NCBI GenBank assembly: GCA_009840635.1
Contig: VXNL01000074.1
Location: 28,156-92,155, forward strand
DNA length: 64,000 nt
Source of the DNA: Acidobacteriota bacterium
GTDB lineage: Bacteria; Acidobacteriota; Vicinamibacteria; Marinacidobacterales; Marinacidobacteraceae
Direction of reading: 5' to 3'
Both the position numbers and the translations under genes were made by a program. Below the pieces are notes generated by a model, which worked only from the letters and a program-made list of their open reading frames with translations, was not told the origin of the DNA and made no database searches. This document shows, one piece after another, positions 28,083 to 38,034 of the stretch. The stretch's first letter is position 1. Every line of letters starts with the position of its first letter.

Positions 28083-30803
28083 TCAGTCGGCGACCGGACT
28101 GACCTGCTCCTCGCGGAACGCCTCGATGATGTCGCCGATCTTCACGTCGTTGTAGCCCGCGATTCCGACGCCGCACTCGAAGCCCTCCCGGACCTGGGCC
28201 ACGTCCTCCTTGAACCGGCGCAGGCTGCCGATGCGCCCGGTGTGGACCAGCCGGCCATCGCGGACCAGACGCACCCGGGAGTTCCTCGGGACCGTACCCG
28301 CGAGGACGTAGGAACCGGCGACGACCCCCACTCTCGGCACCTGGAACGTGCGCCGCACCTCGATCTTCCCGAGTTCGACGATCTCCGTTTCCGGTTCCAG
28401 GAGACCGGCGAGCGCCTTCTCCATCTCCTCGACGAGGTGATAGATGACCGTGTGGCCGCGAATCTCGACCTTCTCCTGCTCGGCAAGCCGCTGCCCCTGA
28501 GGATCCGGACGCACACCGAAGGCGACGATGATCGACTCGGTCGCCGACGCCAGGTTCACGTCGCTCTCCGAAACGGCGCCCGCGCCGGCGTGAATCACCC
28601 GGACCTTGACGTCCTCCGTCGACAGCCGTTCCAGCGCGTCCCGGACGGCCTCCACCGTTCCCCCGACATCCGCCTTCACCACGATCGAAAGTTCCTTCAG
28701 ACCGCCGCTCATCTGGGCGTGCAGGTTCTGGAGGTTCAGCCGCTGGCGGCCCTCGATCAACTGCAGCCGGGTTTCTTCCTTCTTCTCCTCCGCCGCGCGC
28801 CGCGCCTCCGCCGGCTTCTGGCTGGCCGAGAAGGAGTCGCCGACCACCGGCACCTCGGTGAGTCCGAGCACCTCGCAGGGCGTGGACGGCGGCGCTTTCT
28901 TCATCCGCCGCCCCGATTCGTCAAGGAGCGCCCGCACCTTGCCCCAGGCCGCGCCGGCGCTCACCGTGTCGCCGACGGACAGGGTGCCCTCCTGCACCAG
29001 GAACTGGGCCACCGGGCCGCGGCCCTTGTCCTTCCGGGCCTCGAGGACGACGCCCTGGGCGGGCCCCCGCGGATTCGCCGTGGGTTCCTCGAGTTCCGCC
29101 ACGTCGAGCACCGACTGCAGCAGCTCCGGGAGCCCGTCGTGGGTCTTCGCAGATACCTGACAGAAGATGGAGTCGCCGCCCCAGTCCTCCGGGGTTACCT
29201 CACGCTCCGCCAGCTGGCGCATCACGAGATCGGGATCGGCCGCCGGCTTGTCCATCTTGTTCACCGCCACCACGATCGGCACCCCGGCCGCGCGAGCGTG
29301 GTTCAGCGCCTCGATCGTCTGCTCCTTGACGCCGTCATCGGCAGCCACCACCAGGATCACCACGTCGGTGACGCCCGCGCCGCGAGCCCGCATCTTGGTG
29401 AAGGCCTCGTGCCCCGGCGTGTCCAGGAAGACGAGCCGGTGGCCGTTCGTTTCCACGGTGTACGCGCTCATGTGCTGGGTGATGCCGCCCGCCTCGGTGT
29501 CGACCACCCGCGCACTGCGGATGGCATCGAGGAGGCTCGTCTTGCCGTGGTCCACGTGACCCATCACGGTGACCACCGGAGCCCGCTCGACCAGATCTTC
29601 CTTCTTCGAGTCCTCCTTCGCCTCGCTGGCCGCGAGCGCTTCGCCAGCGGGCGTCCCGGCCGCCCCGGTCCCGGCCTCGACGATGGTTCCCCCGTAATGC
29701 TGGACCAGCTTGGTGGCGATCTCCGTATCGAGCGGCTGGTTGATCGACGCCGCCACTCCGTGTTGCAGGAGCAACGCCTTGATCACCTCCACGGTCGGGA
29801 TGCTCATGGCTTCCGCGAGACCCTTCACGGTGATTCCGTCACTCAGCGCGACCGATGCATTGGTCCGGTATTCCCGGGTCACCGCCTGGCGCAAACCCGG
29901 CGGCAGCGGACTATCGAATCCCTCGAGAGACTCGGGGGTCTCGGCCGGCGCCTGACGCCTTCGTCCCTTGGACCGCCGGCCGGGAGCGGGGCGCTGGGCC
30001 TTGGGCGGAGCCGCCGGCGACCTCCTGAGTGGCGGCGGAGTAGCCCGGATCCGCGGCGGCGTGGCTCTCCGGACCGGCCGGGTGACGGCAGGCACGATCT
30101 TGCGATCCGTAGCTCCGGGCCGGAATTCGGCGGGGCCCGAGGGTGACGTGATGATCCTGGTCTCAATGCGGCGCGGAGCAGCGGGCGCCGGGGTTTCGGC
30201 GGGTTTTGCGGAAACCGCCGCCATTCGCTCGGGCCGGGCGGGCGCTTCGGTCGGTCCGGTGCGGACATCGATCGCTCCGTCGCCGGCCTGCGGGGCAGCC
30301 GTGGGCGCGGGCCGCTTCTCCTGCGCCGGCTCGGTGGGCTCCGGTGCTGTTTCGGCTTCGGGCTCCTGGGCTGCCGCCTCGGCGGCCTGCCGCGCTGCTT
30401 CCGCGCGCTGCTCGGCCTCGGCCGCTTCGGCCGACCGCCGCGCGGCCTCTTCTTCCTCGGCCCGCGCCTTCGCTTCGGCTTCTTCCTGGGCCTTCTTCTC
30501 GGCCTCCTCCCGCGCCTTGCGCTCGGCTTCGCCGCGCGCCTTTGCCTCCGCCGCCTCCCGCAAGCGGCGCTGTTCCGCGGCGCGCCGGATGTTCTCTTCA
30601 GCCTGCAGGCGGCGGTCGGGGCGCGACGCTCGCCGCTGCTGCAAGCGGAGGCGGTTCCTGACCTTGCGGGCATCGGCGTCCCGGATGGATGACGAGACGG
30701 TCCGGACACGCAGACTGAAGTCCGCCTGAAGAACCCGGAGGAGTTCCCCCGGCTCCATCCCGACCTCTTTGGCGAGGTCGCTGACCCGGACAGTGGAAGG
30801 CAT
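28083..30803 (-). CDS. infB: Translation initiation factor IF-2
   Basis: [47 protein letters not shown]. Confidence 0.98.
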   Translation of the reverse strand: MPSTVRVSDLAKEVGMEPGELLRVLQADFSLRVRTVSSSIRDADARKVRNRLRLQQRRASRPDRRLQAEENIRRAAEQRRLREAAEAKARGEAERKAREEAEKKAQEEAEAKARAEEEEAARRSAEAAEAEQRAEAARQAAEAAAQEPEAETAPEPTEPAQEKRPAPTAAPQAGDGAIDVRTGPTEAPARPERMAAVSAKPAETPAPAAPRRIETRIITSPSGPAEFRPGATDRKIVPAVTRPVRRATPPRIRATPPPLRRSPAAPPKAQRPAPGRRSKGRRRQAPAETPESLEGFDSPLPPGLRQAVTREYRTNASVALSDGITVKGLAEAMSIPTVEVIKALLLQHGVAASINQPLDTEIATKLVQHYGGTIVEAGTGAAGTPAGEALAASEAKEDSKKEDLVERAPVVTVMGHVDHGKTSLLDAIRSARVVDTEAGGITQHMSAYTVETNGHRLVFLDTPGHEAFTKMRARGAGVTDVVILVVAADDGVKEQTIEALNHARAAGVPIVVAVNKMDKPAADPDLVMRQLAEREVTPEDWGGDSIFCQVSAKTHDGLPELLQSVLDVAELEEPTANPRGPAQGVVLEARKDKGRGPVAQFLVQEGTLSVGDTVSAGAAWGKVRALLDESGRRMKKAPPSTPCEVLGLTEVPVVGDSFSASQKPAEARRAAEEKKEETRLQLIEGRQRLNLQNLHAQMSGGLKELSIVVKADVGGTVEAVRDALERLSTEDVKVRVIHAGAGAVSESDVNLASATESIIVAFGVRPDPQGQRLAEQEKVEIRGHTVIYHLVEEMEKALAGLLEPETEIVELGKIEVRRTFQVPRVGVVAGSYVLAGTVPRNSRVRLVRDGRLVHTGRIGSLRRFKEDVAQVREGFECGVGIAGYNDVKIGDIIEAFREEQVSPVAD

Positions 30804-30806
30804 GAA

Positions 30807-32078
30807 TTAACGGCCCCGTGCCTCCGGCGCGGGTTTTCTCACCTGCCCCGACCGATTGCTCCGCGCGGGACGAGACCGGGGGCGCCGCGGTCCATCGTGC
30901 CGCGGGGGACCACCGCGCCTTCTCTTGTCCGGACCCCGCCAGGGCGACGCCCCATCACGGGGCCCCCGCCGGGGAGAACGGGAATCGCGCGGGCCGCGGC
31001 CCGGGGAAGGCCCGGTCCGGGGACCCCGCCGCTCCCTCCGGTCGTCTCCTCGCGGAGACGCTCCCTCGGCCACCACTTCGATCGGCACGCCGACCAGTTC
31101 GGAGGCGAGGCGGACGTTCTGACCACGCTTTCCCAGGGTGCGGGGCAGCTCGGTTTCGGAAACCGTGACCAGCAGCCCGCCGCTCTGACGCAGCCTTCGT
31201 GAGCCTCCATCGCCGGACTCCCCGTCCACTCTGCGGATATCGAGCACTTCCGCCGGACGCAGCGCGTTCCGCGCGAACTTCTCCACCCTTTCGTTCCACA
31301 GAACCACGTCCACCCGTTCTCCCCGGAGTTCGCGGCTCACCGCCCGAATCCGGGAGCCTCCCGGCCCGAGACAGGCGGCCACCGGGTCCACATCGGGCGC
31401 CGCGCTGGATACCGCGACCTTCGCCCGGAGTCCCGGATGACGCGCTACCGCCCGGACTCGGACGACACCACGGCGGACCTCCGGTGTCTCGCGTTCGATC
31501 AATCCCGCCAGGACGGCCGGAGCAATCCGGGAGAGGATGACGGGAGGATCGTGGGGTTCGATGGAGTGGACGGCCACCCGGATGGTGTCCTCGGGGTTGA
31601 AGACCTCGTGGCGGCTCTGCTCCTCCGCGGGCAGCCGACCCTCGACCGGCCCGAGATTGACGATGAGGTCCTGTCCCTCGCGGCGAGCGACGATGGCCGT
31701 TTCCAGCTTTCCGACGCGATCGCGGTAGCGTTCGGCCCGGGCGAGCATCCGGGCGGCTCTCAGCCGGGCTTCGAGCACGGCGCGGGCCGCCCTCGCCGCG
31801 CTGCGGGCGGCGGTCCCGAAGGGAACGGGCATTTCCACCAGCTCGCCGGGAGACGACCCCTCGGGCGCGGCCGCGACCGCGACCTGCGTCTCCGGATCCC
31901 GAACCTCCGTGGCCACCCGCTTTCGGGCGTAGCAGACCAGGCGTCCCTTGCCCGTGTCGAGGCGGGCGCTCAGGGCACGGCCACTGCTCTGCGACGCGGC
32001 AAGGCCCGCCGCCTGCTCCACACCGGCGATGATCTCGGCCCGATCCACCTCCACGGCGAGTTCCTCGATGGCGGCCAT
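30807..32078 (-). CDS. nusA: Transcription termination/antitermination factor NusA (Arg/Pro-rich tail)
   Basis: S1 and KH domains: VILSR, ETPEV, ARHPGLRAKVAV, DPVAACLG, ELRGERVDVV, GKRGQNVRLASEL; ATG overlaps the rimP TGA. Confidence 0.92.
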   Translation of the reverse strand: MAAIEELAVEVDRAEIIAGVEQAAGLAASQSSGRALSARLDTGKGRLVCYARKRVATEVRDPETQVAVAAAPEGSSPGELVEMPVPFGTAARSAARAARAVLEARLRAARMLARAERYRDRVGKLETAIVARREGQDLIVNLGPVEGRLPAEEQSRHEVFNPEDTIRVAVHSIEPHDPPVILSRIAPAVLAGLIERETPEVRRGVVRVRAVARHPGLRAKVAVSSAAPDVDPVAACLGPGGSRIRAVSRELRGERVDVVLWNERVEKFARNALRPAEVLDIRRVDGESGDGGSRRLRQSGGLLVTVSETELPRTLGKRGQNVRLASELVGVPIEVVAEGASPRGDDRRERRGPRTGPSPGRGPRDSRSPRRGPRDGASPWRGPDKRRRGGPPRHDGPRRPRSRPARSNRSGQVRKPAPEARGR

Positions 32079-32626
32079 CAGGTCGACGGGCGCCTCCGAC
32101 CGCCGGGACGCCTTCCGAGCAGAGCCGCGTAATCCGGAGCGAGACGGGCGGCGACCACCGCGCTCCAGGCGATTCGCCGCTCGCCGCCGGGCCCACTCAG
32201 GCAGAGGACGGCGTCCCCGTTGACCGCCCGGAGGGTTCCGGTCACCGTGTCCGGCAGACTCTCCGTCCGGTGGCGGATCCGGACCCGATGCCCGAGGAAC
32301 CGCCGGCATTGCTCGACCGATTGCAGCGGCCGGTCGAGCCCCGGAGTGCTCACTTCCAACGTATAGGAACCGGGAATCGGATCCTCCAGATCGAGGAGCG
32401 CCGAGAGCTTCTCGTTCACCCGCTCGCAATCGCCCAGCCCGACCGCGTCGTCGGGCCGCTCGATGAAGACGCGTACCCGCCGGCCGCTGCGGGGTCCCTT
32501 GATCTCGATCCATGCCAACTCGACCTGAGCACTCGCCGCCGCCCTTCGGGCCAGTCTTTCGATGTTTGCGGTGAGATCGTCGCCCGCCTGAAGAAGGAGC
32601 GGCGGGTCGGTTTCTTCTTGCGAAAT
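32078..32626 (-). CDS. rimP: Ribosome maturation factor RimP; probable ATT start
   Basis: VRVFIE, DCERVN, LDLEDPIPGSYTLEVSTPGLDRPL; in-frame IERLARRAAASAQVEL lies upstream of the first TTG (32518). Start tentative. Confidence 0.88.
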   Translation of the reverse strand: MSQEETDPPLLLQAGDDLTANIERLARRAAASAQVELAWIEIKGPRSGRRVRVFIERPDDAVGLGDCERVNEKLSALLDLEDPIPGSYTLEVSTPGLDRPLQSVEQCRRFLGHRVRIRHRTESLPDTVTGTLRAVNGDAVLCLSGPGGERRIAWSAVVAARLAPDYAALLGRRPGGRRRPST

Positions 32627-32841
32627 GCGTAGAGCCTCTTGAGATTGGGGAATCGGAGAAAACCCGCCGCACCGAAGCGCGACGGGTCATGAAAGAAAAA
32701 CGGGAACGACCCCACCCCGGCCGAACCCGAACGATTGAGTATACCCCACGCCGAAACGGCCGGAGAACGGGCGATTTTCCCGCCGCGGGAGCCGGCCGGA
32801 ACCCGCGTCAGCGGCCGGTGGGAGACGTTATGCGGTCCGGT

Positions 32842-34242
32842 TCAGGCCGTCGCGGCCTCGCTCCTTCCGGCGGCTCGCACCGTCCCCGCGACACCAACCG
32901 GAAGCGCGTGACCCACCAGGTCCTCGGGATGCGCTTCGGTGATCTCCACGTCCACGAATTGGCCGGCCGGCGCGTCCCCATCCACGATCAGGACCCGGGC
33001 ATCCACGTCCGGCGCCTGCCCCTCGGTGCGGCCGGCCGTGAGCAGCTCGCTTTCCTCGGCGGCGCCATCCACCAGCACCGGCACGACGCTCCCGACCATT
33101 TCGCGGTGCCGGGCCAGGGCGATACCGCGCTGCAGCTCCATGAGGCGGGCCCGGCGGTCTTCCTTCTCCGCCTCCGAGACCACTTCTTCCTCCACGTGAG
33201 AAGCTGCGGATTCCTCATTCGAATAGACGAAAGCCCCCATCGCATCGAATCGGGCGGTCTCCACGAAATCGAAGAGCTCCCGGAACTCGTCCTCGGTCTC
33301 CCCCGGAAACCCGACGATGAAGGTGCTGCGAATGGCGACGCCGGGAACCGCGTCGCGGATCCTCGCCAGCAGGCATTCGTTGCTCTGCCGGTTTCCCGGA
33401 CGGCGCATCTCCCGGAGCACCCGCCGGCTCGCGTGCTGCAACGGGATGTCCACGTAGCGGCAGACCTCGGGGACGTCCGCCATCGCCGACAGCACTTCAT
33501 CATCGAGGGTCGTCGGATAGGCGTAGAGGAATCGCACCCAGGCGATGCCCTCGACCGCGGCCAGTCCGCGCAGCAGCCCCGCGAGGCCGTGCCGGATTCC
33601 GAGATCCTTGCCGTAGGCCGTCGTGTCCTGCGCCACCAGGACGAGTTCCCGGGTCCCCGTCGCGGCCAGCGAGGCCGCCTCGGCGAGCACCGAATCCGGA
33701 TCGCGGCTGCGGAAGTGCCCGCGGATCTGCGGGATCACGCAGAAGGAACAGGGATAGTCGCATCCCTCCGCCACCTTGATGTAGGCGGTGTGGGCCGCCG
33801 TGGAGCGGATGCGGGGCGTGGTGTGGTCGTAGAGCCAGGTGACGGACTGGTCGGCCCGGAGCGGCGGGGTGCGGCGCCCGGAGGCGGTCAGCACGTCCGC
33901 AATGCGCTCGACCTCGTCGAGCCCGATGACCGCATCGATTTCGGGGATCTCCCGGGCGAGCTCCCCCGCGTACCGCTGCGCCAGACATCCGGCGACCACC
34001 AGCCGGCGGCACCGGCCCTCGTTCTTCAGGCGGGCCAGATCCAGAATCGTGTTGATCCCCTCTTCCTTGGCCGGGCCGATGAACCCGCAGGTGTTCACGA
34101 CCAGGGCGTCGGCGTTCGCCGGATCGGCGGTCATCTCGAAACCGCGCTTCGTGAGGACGCCGGCCATGACTTCGCTGTCGAGCAGGTTCTTTGCGCATCC
34201 GAGGCTCACGAGCCCCACGCGAGGAGTCCTGACGGGTGTCAT
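32842..34242 (-). CDS. rimO: Ribosomal protein S12 methylthiotransferase
   Basis: SLGCAKNLLDSE, NTCGFI, AYIKVAEGCDYPCSFC, FIVGFPGET, GQAPDVD (TRAM). Confidence 0.95.
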   Translation of the reverse strand: MTPVRTPRVGLVSLGCAKNLLDSEVMAGVLTKRGFEMTADPANADALVVNTCGFIGPAKEEGINTILDLARLKNEGRCRRLVVAGCLAQRYAGELAREIPEIDAVIGLDEVERIADVLTASGRRTPPLRADQSVTWLYDHTTPRIRSTAAHTAYIKVAEGCDYPCSFCVIPQIRGHFRSRDPDSVLAEAASLAATGTRELVLVAQDTTAYGKDLGIRHGLAGLLRGLAAVEGIAWVRFLYAYPTTLDDEVLSAMADVPEVCRYVDIPLQHASRRVLREMRRPGNRQSNECLLARIRDAVPGVAIRSTFIVGFPGETEDEFRELFDFVETARFDAMGAFVYSNEESAASHVEEEVVSEAEKEDRRARLMELQRGIALARHREMVGSVVPVLVDGAAEESELLTAGRTEGQAPDVDARVLIVDGDAPAGQFVDVEITEAHPEDLVGHALPVGVAGTVRAAGRSEAATA

Positions 34243-35600
34243 GGCGCGAGGCGGTAGAGCGTGCGCGGGAACGGGATCGCTTCCCGGAGGTGCGAGAGGC
34301 CGGACATCCAGGCGACGAACCGCTCGATGCCAAGCCCGAACCCGGAGTGGGGCGTCGTTCCGTAGCGGCGGAGGTCGAGATACCACTCGAAGGCATCCTC
34401 CGGCAGGCCGTGTTCCCTGACCCGCCGGCGCAGGAGTTCCTGGTCATGGATGCGCTGGCCGCCGCCAACCACCTCGCCGTAACCCTCGGGGGCGATGATG
34501 TCGAGGCAGAGGACCCGGTCGGGACGCTCCGGGTCGGGCTCCATGTAGAACGCCTTGATGGCGGCGGGGAAGTGCGTTACGCAGAGTGGCCGGTCCAGGT
34601 CCTCGGTGAGCGCCGTCTCATCCTGCGCCCCGAAGTCCTCTCCCGGCGTGAAGCTGGTCCCCTTGCGGGCCAGAATCCCGGCTGCCTCGTCGTAGGTAAC
34701 CCGGGGGAACGGCGCCTGGATCCGGCGCAGCGGCCCCGGGTCGCGCTCCAGGATCTCGAGTTCCGCCGCGCGGTTGTCGAGCACCCGGGAGACCGCGTGG
34801 CAGATCAACCCCTCGGCAAGGTCGATGATGTCCGGTAGTTCCGCAAAGGCGACCTCCGGCTCCAGCATCCAGAACTCGATGAGATGCCGGCGGGTCTTCG
34901 ACTTCTCAGCCCGGAACGTGGGCCCCAGGCAGTAGGTGCGCCCCACCGACATGGCCACCGCCTCGTTGTAGAGCTGGCCGCTCTGGCTCAGGTAGGCCTG
35001 GCGGTCGAAGTACCGGGTCTCGAAGAGCGTCGTCGTCCCCTCGCAGGCGTTCGGGGTGAAGATCGGCGTATCGGCGTTCACGAACTCCTGTTCCCGCAGG
35101 TACTCGCGGAACGAGTACAGGACCTCGTCGCGAATCCGCAGGAGTGCGTGCTGCTTTCTGGAACGGAGCCACAGGTGCCGGTGGTCCAGAAGGAACGATG
35201 CCCCGTGTTCCTTGGGCGTGATCGGATAGGGATCGGCGGCGTGGAGGACCCGAAAGCCTGACGCGCGGATCTCCATCCCTCCCGGGGCACGGGGCTCCGG
35301 GAACGCGGCCCCGGCCACCTCGACGGCGCTCTCGAGCGGACAGTGCCGGGCGCTCTCGAAGGCCTCGGCGGAAACCGCCGCCTTCGCAACGACCACCTGT
35401 GCGAAGCCCGAGCCGTCCCGGAAACTCAGGAACAGCAGCTTCCCGCTCGACCGCCGTCCGGCAAGCCATCCCCGAAGAGTGGCGGGCACTCCCTCGTCCG
35501 GCGCGTCCGGGGCCAGCTTCCGGTGCAGGGACGCGATCGTCGGGAGGCGCCGATCCTTCCAGGATCCCGCGGACACGGGGGGAGTGGGTTGCTCGGTCAT
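34239..35600 (-). CDS. asnS: Asparagine--tRNA ligase
   Basis: YPITPKEHG, RHLWLRS, YLSQSGQLY, FRAEKSKTRRHLIEFWM, GEVVGGGQR, PHSGFGLGIER. Confidence 0.96.
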   Translation of the reverse strand: MTEQPTPPVSAGSWKDRRLPTIASLHRKLAPDAPDEGVPATLRGWLAGRRSSGKLLFLSFRDGSGFAQVVVAKAAVSAEAFESARHCPLESAVEVAGAAFPEPRAPGGMEIRASGFRVLHAADPYPITPKEHGASFLLDHRHLWLRSRKQHALLRIRDEVLYSFREYLREQEFVNADTPIFTPNACEGTTTLFETRYFDRQAYLSQSGQLYNEAVAMSVGRTYCLGPTFRAEKSKTRRHLIEFWMLEPEVAFAELPDIIDLAEGLICHAVSRVLDNRAAELEILERDPGPLRRIQAPFPRVTYDEAAGILARKGTSFTPGEDFGAQDETALTEDLDRPLCVTHFPAAIKAFYMEPDPERPDRVLCLDIIAPEGYGEVVGGGQRIHDQELLRRRVREHGLPEDAFEWYLDLRRYGTTPHSGFGLGIERFVAWMSGLSHLREAIPFPRTLYRLAP

Positions 35601-35628
35601 GGGATCCGCCGGGGCGGGAGTTTACGTT

Positions 35629-36756
35629 TCAGCCGGTCGGGACGTCGGCGAGCAGAAGCCCCAGGCGCCGCCGGTCGGAGCGCCCGGAGTGGCGCTCCAG
35701 GTTCTCGCGAACCATTCGCAGGGTTGGGGCAACGTAGCGGCGGTAGACGTCGTTGCCCCGGCGGGAAACCTGGAAGCCGTAGGTGCCGAGCGCCTTCAGG
35801 TTGCGCTGGAGCGCGACCGCGTCGAACTCGGCGATCAGTTCGGAGGGGTCTCCGCGGACACCCGCCGCGTTCCGAAAGCGGGCGACCAGCTCCGGTTCCC
35901 GAAACGGCGGGCGGGCTGCGTCACCGGTGGCCACGTACGGGTCGCGGACCAGCGACATCAAATCGTAGGAGCGTGGTCCGAGGCGGGAGTCCTGGTGATC
36001 GATCACCCAGAGAACGCGGCGCGCGCCGGACGCGACGGGGCTGTCACCGGCGATCAGGTTGCGCGAGTGGAAGTCCCGATGGGCGAGCGCCGCCGGGCCA
36101 CCGGCTGCCTCCTCCGCGAGGGCCTCGAACAGTGACTCGAGTTCGCCGCGTGCCGGCCCGTTCAGCCGCAGACCGGCGTACCCGCTCAGGAAGTGCTCGG
36201 TGAAGAACCGCAGCTCCCGCAGGAAGAGCCCCGCGTCGAGCCGGGCGGAAAAGGCCCGGAAGCCGCTCGCCGCCGGCGTTTCGGCGAGGCGGGCTCCTTC
36301 GTGCTGGATCCGGGCGATGATGTCCACGGCTTCGTCGTAGAGCATCGAAACGTGGGCGCCTCCTTCGGCCCACACCGCTTGCAGGAGTTCGTCCCCCAGA
36401 TCCTCGAGCGCCGTCACGCCAAGTTCCGGGGCCTCTTCCACAATCCGGGGCGTCCGGACGCCCAGTTCCCGGTACAGCAGGGTGGAGTTGGCAAACGGCA
36501 GGGAACCCGGCGCGTACGGCTCGGCCATGACCGAGAGCACGACGGTCGCCATCCCCTGCTCCCGGACCGCTTCGCGGGTCCGGCTCACGGGACGAATCCG
36601 GAAATAGACCCGCTCGCCGGCCTCCTTCACGAGTGGCTCGACAGCCACCCCGGTGCGGAGGTGCGGGGGGAGGCTTCGCGATCGCCGCAAAAAGACGTTC
36701 AGCCGCGTCCGTGCGTCCGAGCCCGGCGCCTTCGGAGCGATCGCGCCTACCGACAC
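35629..36756 (-). CDS. Aminoglycoside-phosphotransferase-family sugar kinase (AmgK-like)
   Basis: EAGERVYFRI, LEDLGD, HRDFHSRNL, IDHQDSRLGP, QRNLKALGTYG; next to a MurU-like gene. Start uncertain. Confidence 0.82.
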   Translation of the reverse strand: MSVGAIAPKAPGSDARTRLNVFLRRSRSLPPHLRTGVAVEPLVKEAGERVYFRIRPVSRTREAVREQGMATVVLSVMAEPYAPGSLPFANSTLLYRELGVRTPRIVEEAPELGVTALEDLGDELLQAVWAEGGAHVSMLYDEAVDIIARIQHEGARLAETPAASGFRAFSARLDAGLFLRELRFFTEHFLSGYAGLRLNGPARGELESLFEALAEEAAGGPAALAHRDFHSRNLIAGDSPVASGARRVLWVIDHQDSRLGPRSYDLMSLVRDPYVATGDAARPPFREPELVARFRNAAGVRGDPSELIAEFDAVALQRNLKALGTYGFQVSRRGNDVYRRYVAPTLRMVRENLERHSGRSDRRRLGLLLADVPTG

Positions 36757-36784
36757 GGGGCAACCCCGGGGGACCGAACGGTCG

Positions 36785-37771
36785 TCATAGCGGCATCGCG
36801 GCGCCACCCGTGAAGAGCGCGGCCTCGATCCGGGCGCCGGCCGGAACCGTTTCCGAGGCGGCCACGACCGACTCGCGGACGACCGCCCGCGACCCGATCC
36901 GCACGTCTTCGAGAAGCAGGGACCCCTCGACGCGCGCGTCCTCCGCCACCACACTCCCCTCGCCGATCAGCTCCGGCCACTGCCCCCCGGCGACGCCCCG
37001 GAAACGCGCCTTGGCGGCGCCCGCCGGCCGGGCCCGTTTCTCGGGAAGCGCTCCGGCTTCCAGCGCGCGCCGGGAGGCGCCGAGATAGCGCCGCGGAGTC
37101 CCGATTTCGAACCATGGAGCCCGGCTCGGAAAGGCTCGGGCGGTCCCCGCGGCGATCAGGCCGGGAAGAAGGTCCTGCGAGAGACCTCCCGGCCCGCCGT
37201 GCAGGTGACCGAGCGCCGCGGGTTCCAGGAGCCACACTCCCGAAAAGCCGAATCCGGGTCCTCCCGGTCCGCTCAGTCCCGTAATGACGCCATCCTCGCG
37301 GGTCTCCAGACGGCGTTCACCGGAAAACTCCGGACCGGGTTCCGGATCGGCGAGCAGAGTGGCTTCGGCGCCCGCCGCCCCGTGGAAGCCGGCCATCGCC
37401 CCGAGATCGAAGGTGGGGAGCGTGTCGCCGTTCAGGACCAGCAGCGGTCCGCCGGCGTCGCTTCCGAGTCCAAAGCGCGCCGCGGCACGCGAGAGCCCGC
37501 CCGAAGTGCCGAGCAGTTCCGGCTCGGGTGACCGCCCGATGGTCAGCCCGGGCATGGCGCGCTCGGCGGAAGCCAGAAGCGGTTCCAGCGTCTCGGGATG
37601 GTGGTGGAGATTGACGACCACGTCGCTTACCCCGCCGCCGGTGAGCCAGCGGAGCAGCCGGGTCAGCAGGGGCACCCCGCAGAAGGGGAGCGCCGGCTTG
37701 GCGCGGTCCCTGGTCAAGGGACCCATCCGCTCGCCCCGTCCGGCGGCGAACACCATCGCCCGGCGGGGCAA
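36785..37771 (-). CDS. Sugar-phosphate nucleotidyltransferase (MurU / mannose-1-P guanylyltransferase-like)
   Basis: AMVFAAGRGERMGPLTRDRAKP, VVNLHH, LLGTSGG, LNGD, WFEIGTP, short hexapeptide tail. Confidence 0.85.
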   Translation of the reverse strand: MPRRAMVFAAGRGERMGPLTRDRAKPALPFCGVPLLTRLLRWLTGGGVSDVVVNLHHHPETLEPLLASAERAMPGLTIGRSPEPELLGTSGGLSRAAARFGLGSDAGGPLLVLNGDTLPTFDLGAMAGFHGAAGAEATLLADPEPGPEFSGERRLETREDGVITGLSGPGGPGFGFSGVWLLEPAALGHLHGGPGGLSQDLLPGLIAAGTARAFPSRAPWFEIGTPRRYLGASRRALEAGALPEKRARPAGAAKARFRGVAGGQWPELIGEGSVVAEDARVEGSLLLEDVRIGSRAVVRESVVAASETVPAGARIEAALFTGGAAMPL

Positions 37772-37811
37772 CCGGGCCGACCGTCCCCCGCGCCCGCCGC
37801 CAGTCACCGGT

Positions 37812-38034
37812 TTAACAGCCTGTAGCAAAACCCACGCGGCCCAGTTCTCCCGGTGGGGGCTCGAGCGGCGATGCATCCCACCTGAACCGCCCCGCTTTGC
37901 GGGGCTCGTCGTTGCGTTTCGGTCGGAATACACCCGGTATTCCTCCCTCACGCGCCTTGTCAGCGGGACCCCCACCGGGAGAACTGGGCCTCGCCACTCT
38001 CGGCGCGCGCGTGGGTTTCACCACAGGCTGTTAA
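37812..38034 (-). repeat. Structured intergenic repeat family 1, copy C
   Basis: TTAACAGCCTGTAGCAAAACCCACGCG...CGCGTGGGTTTCACCACAGGCTGTTAA; perfect internal 22-bp inverted repeat 37838-37859/37969-37990; same core as copy A. Confidence 0.9.

Noticed and set aside
30807-32690. 627-aa NusA with N-terminal extension
   Set aside because: The extension overlaps rimP in another frame; the TGATG junction at 32076-32080 gives a normal coupled start.
32690-32745. rimP leader attenuator (TATACT, then GGTGGGGTCGTTCCCGTTTTTCTTT on the minus strand)
   Set aside because: Resembles rimP-leader hairpins but pairing is weak and no -35 is evident; too little support to list.
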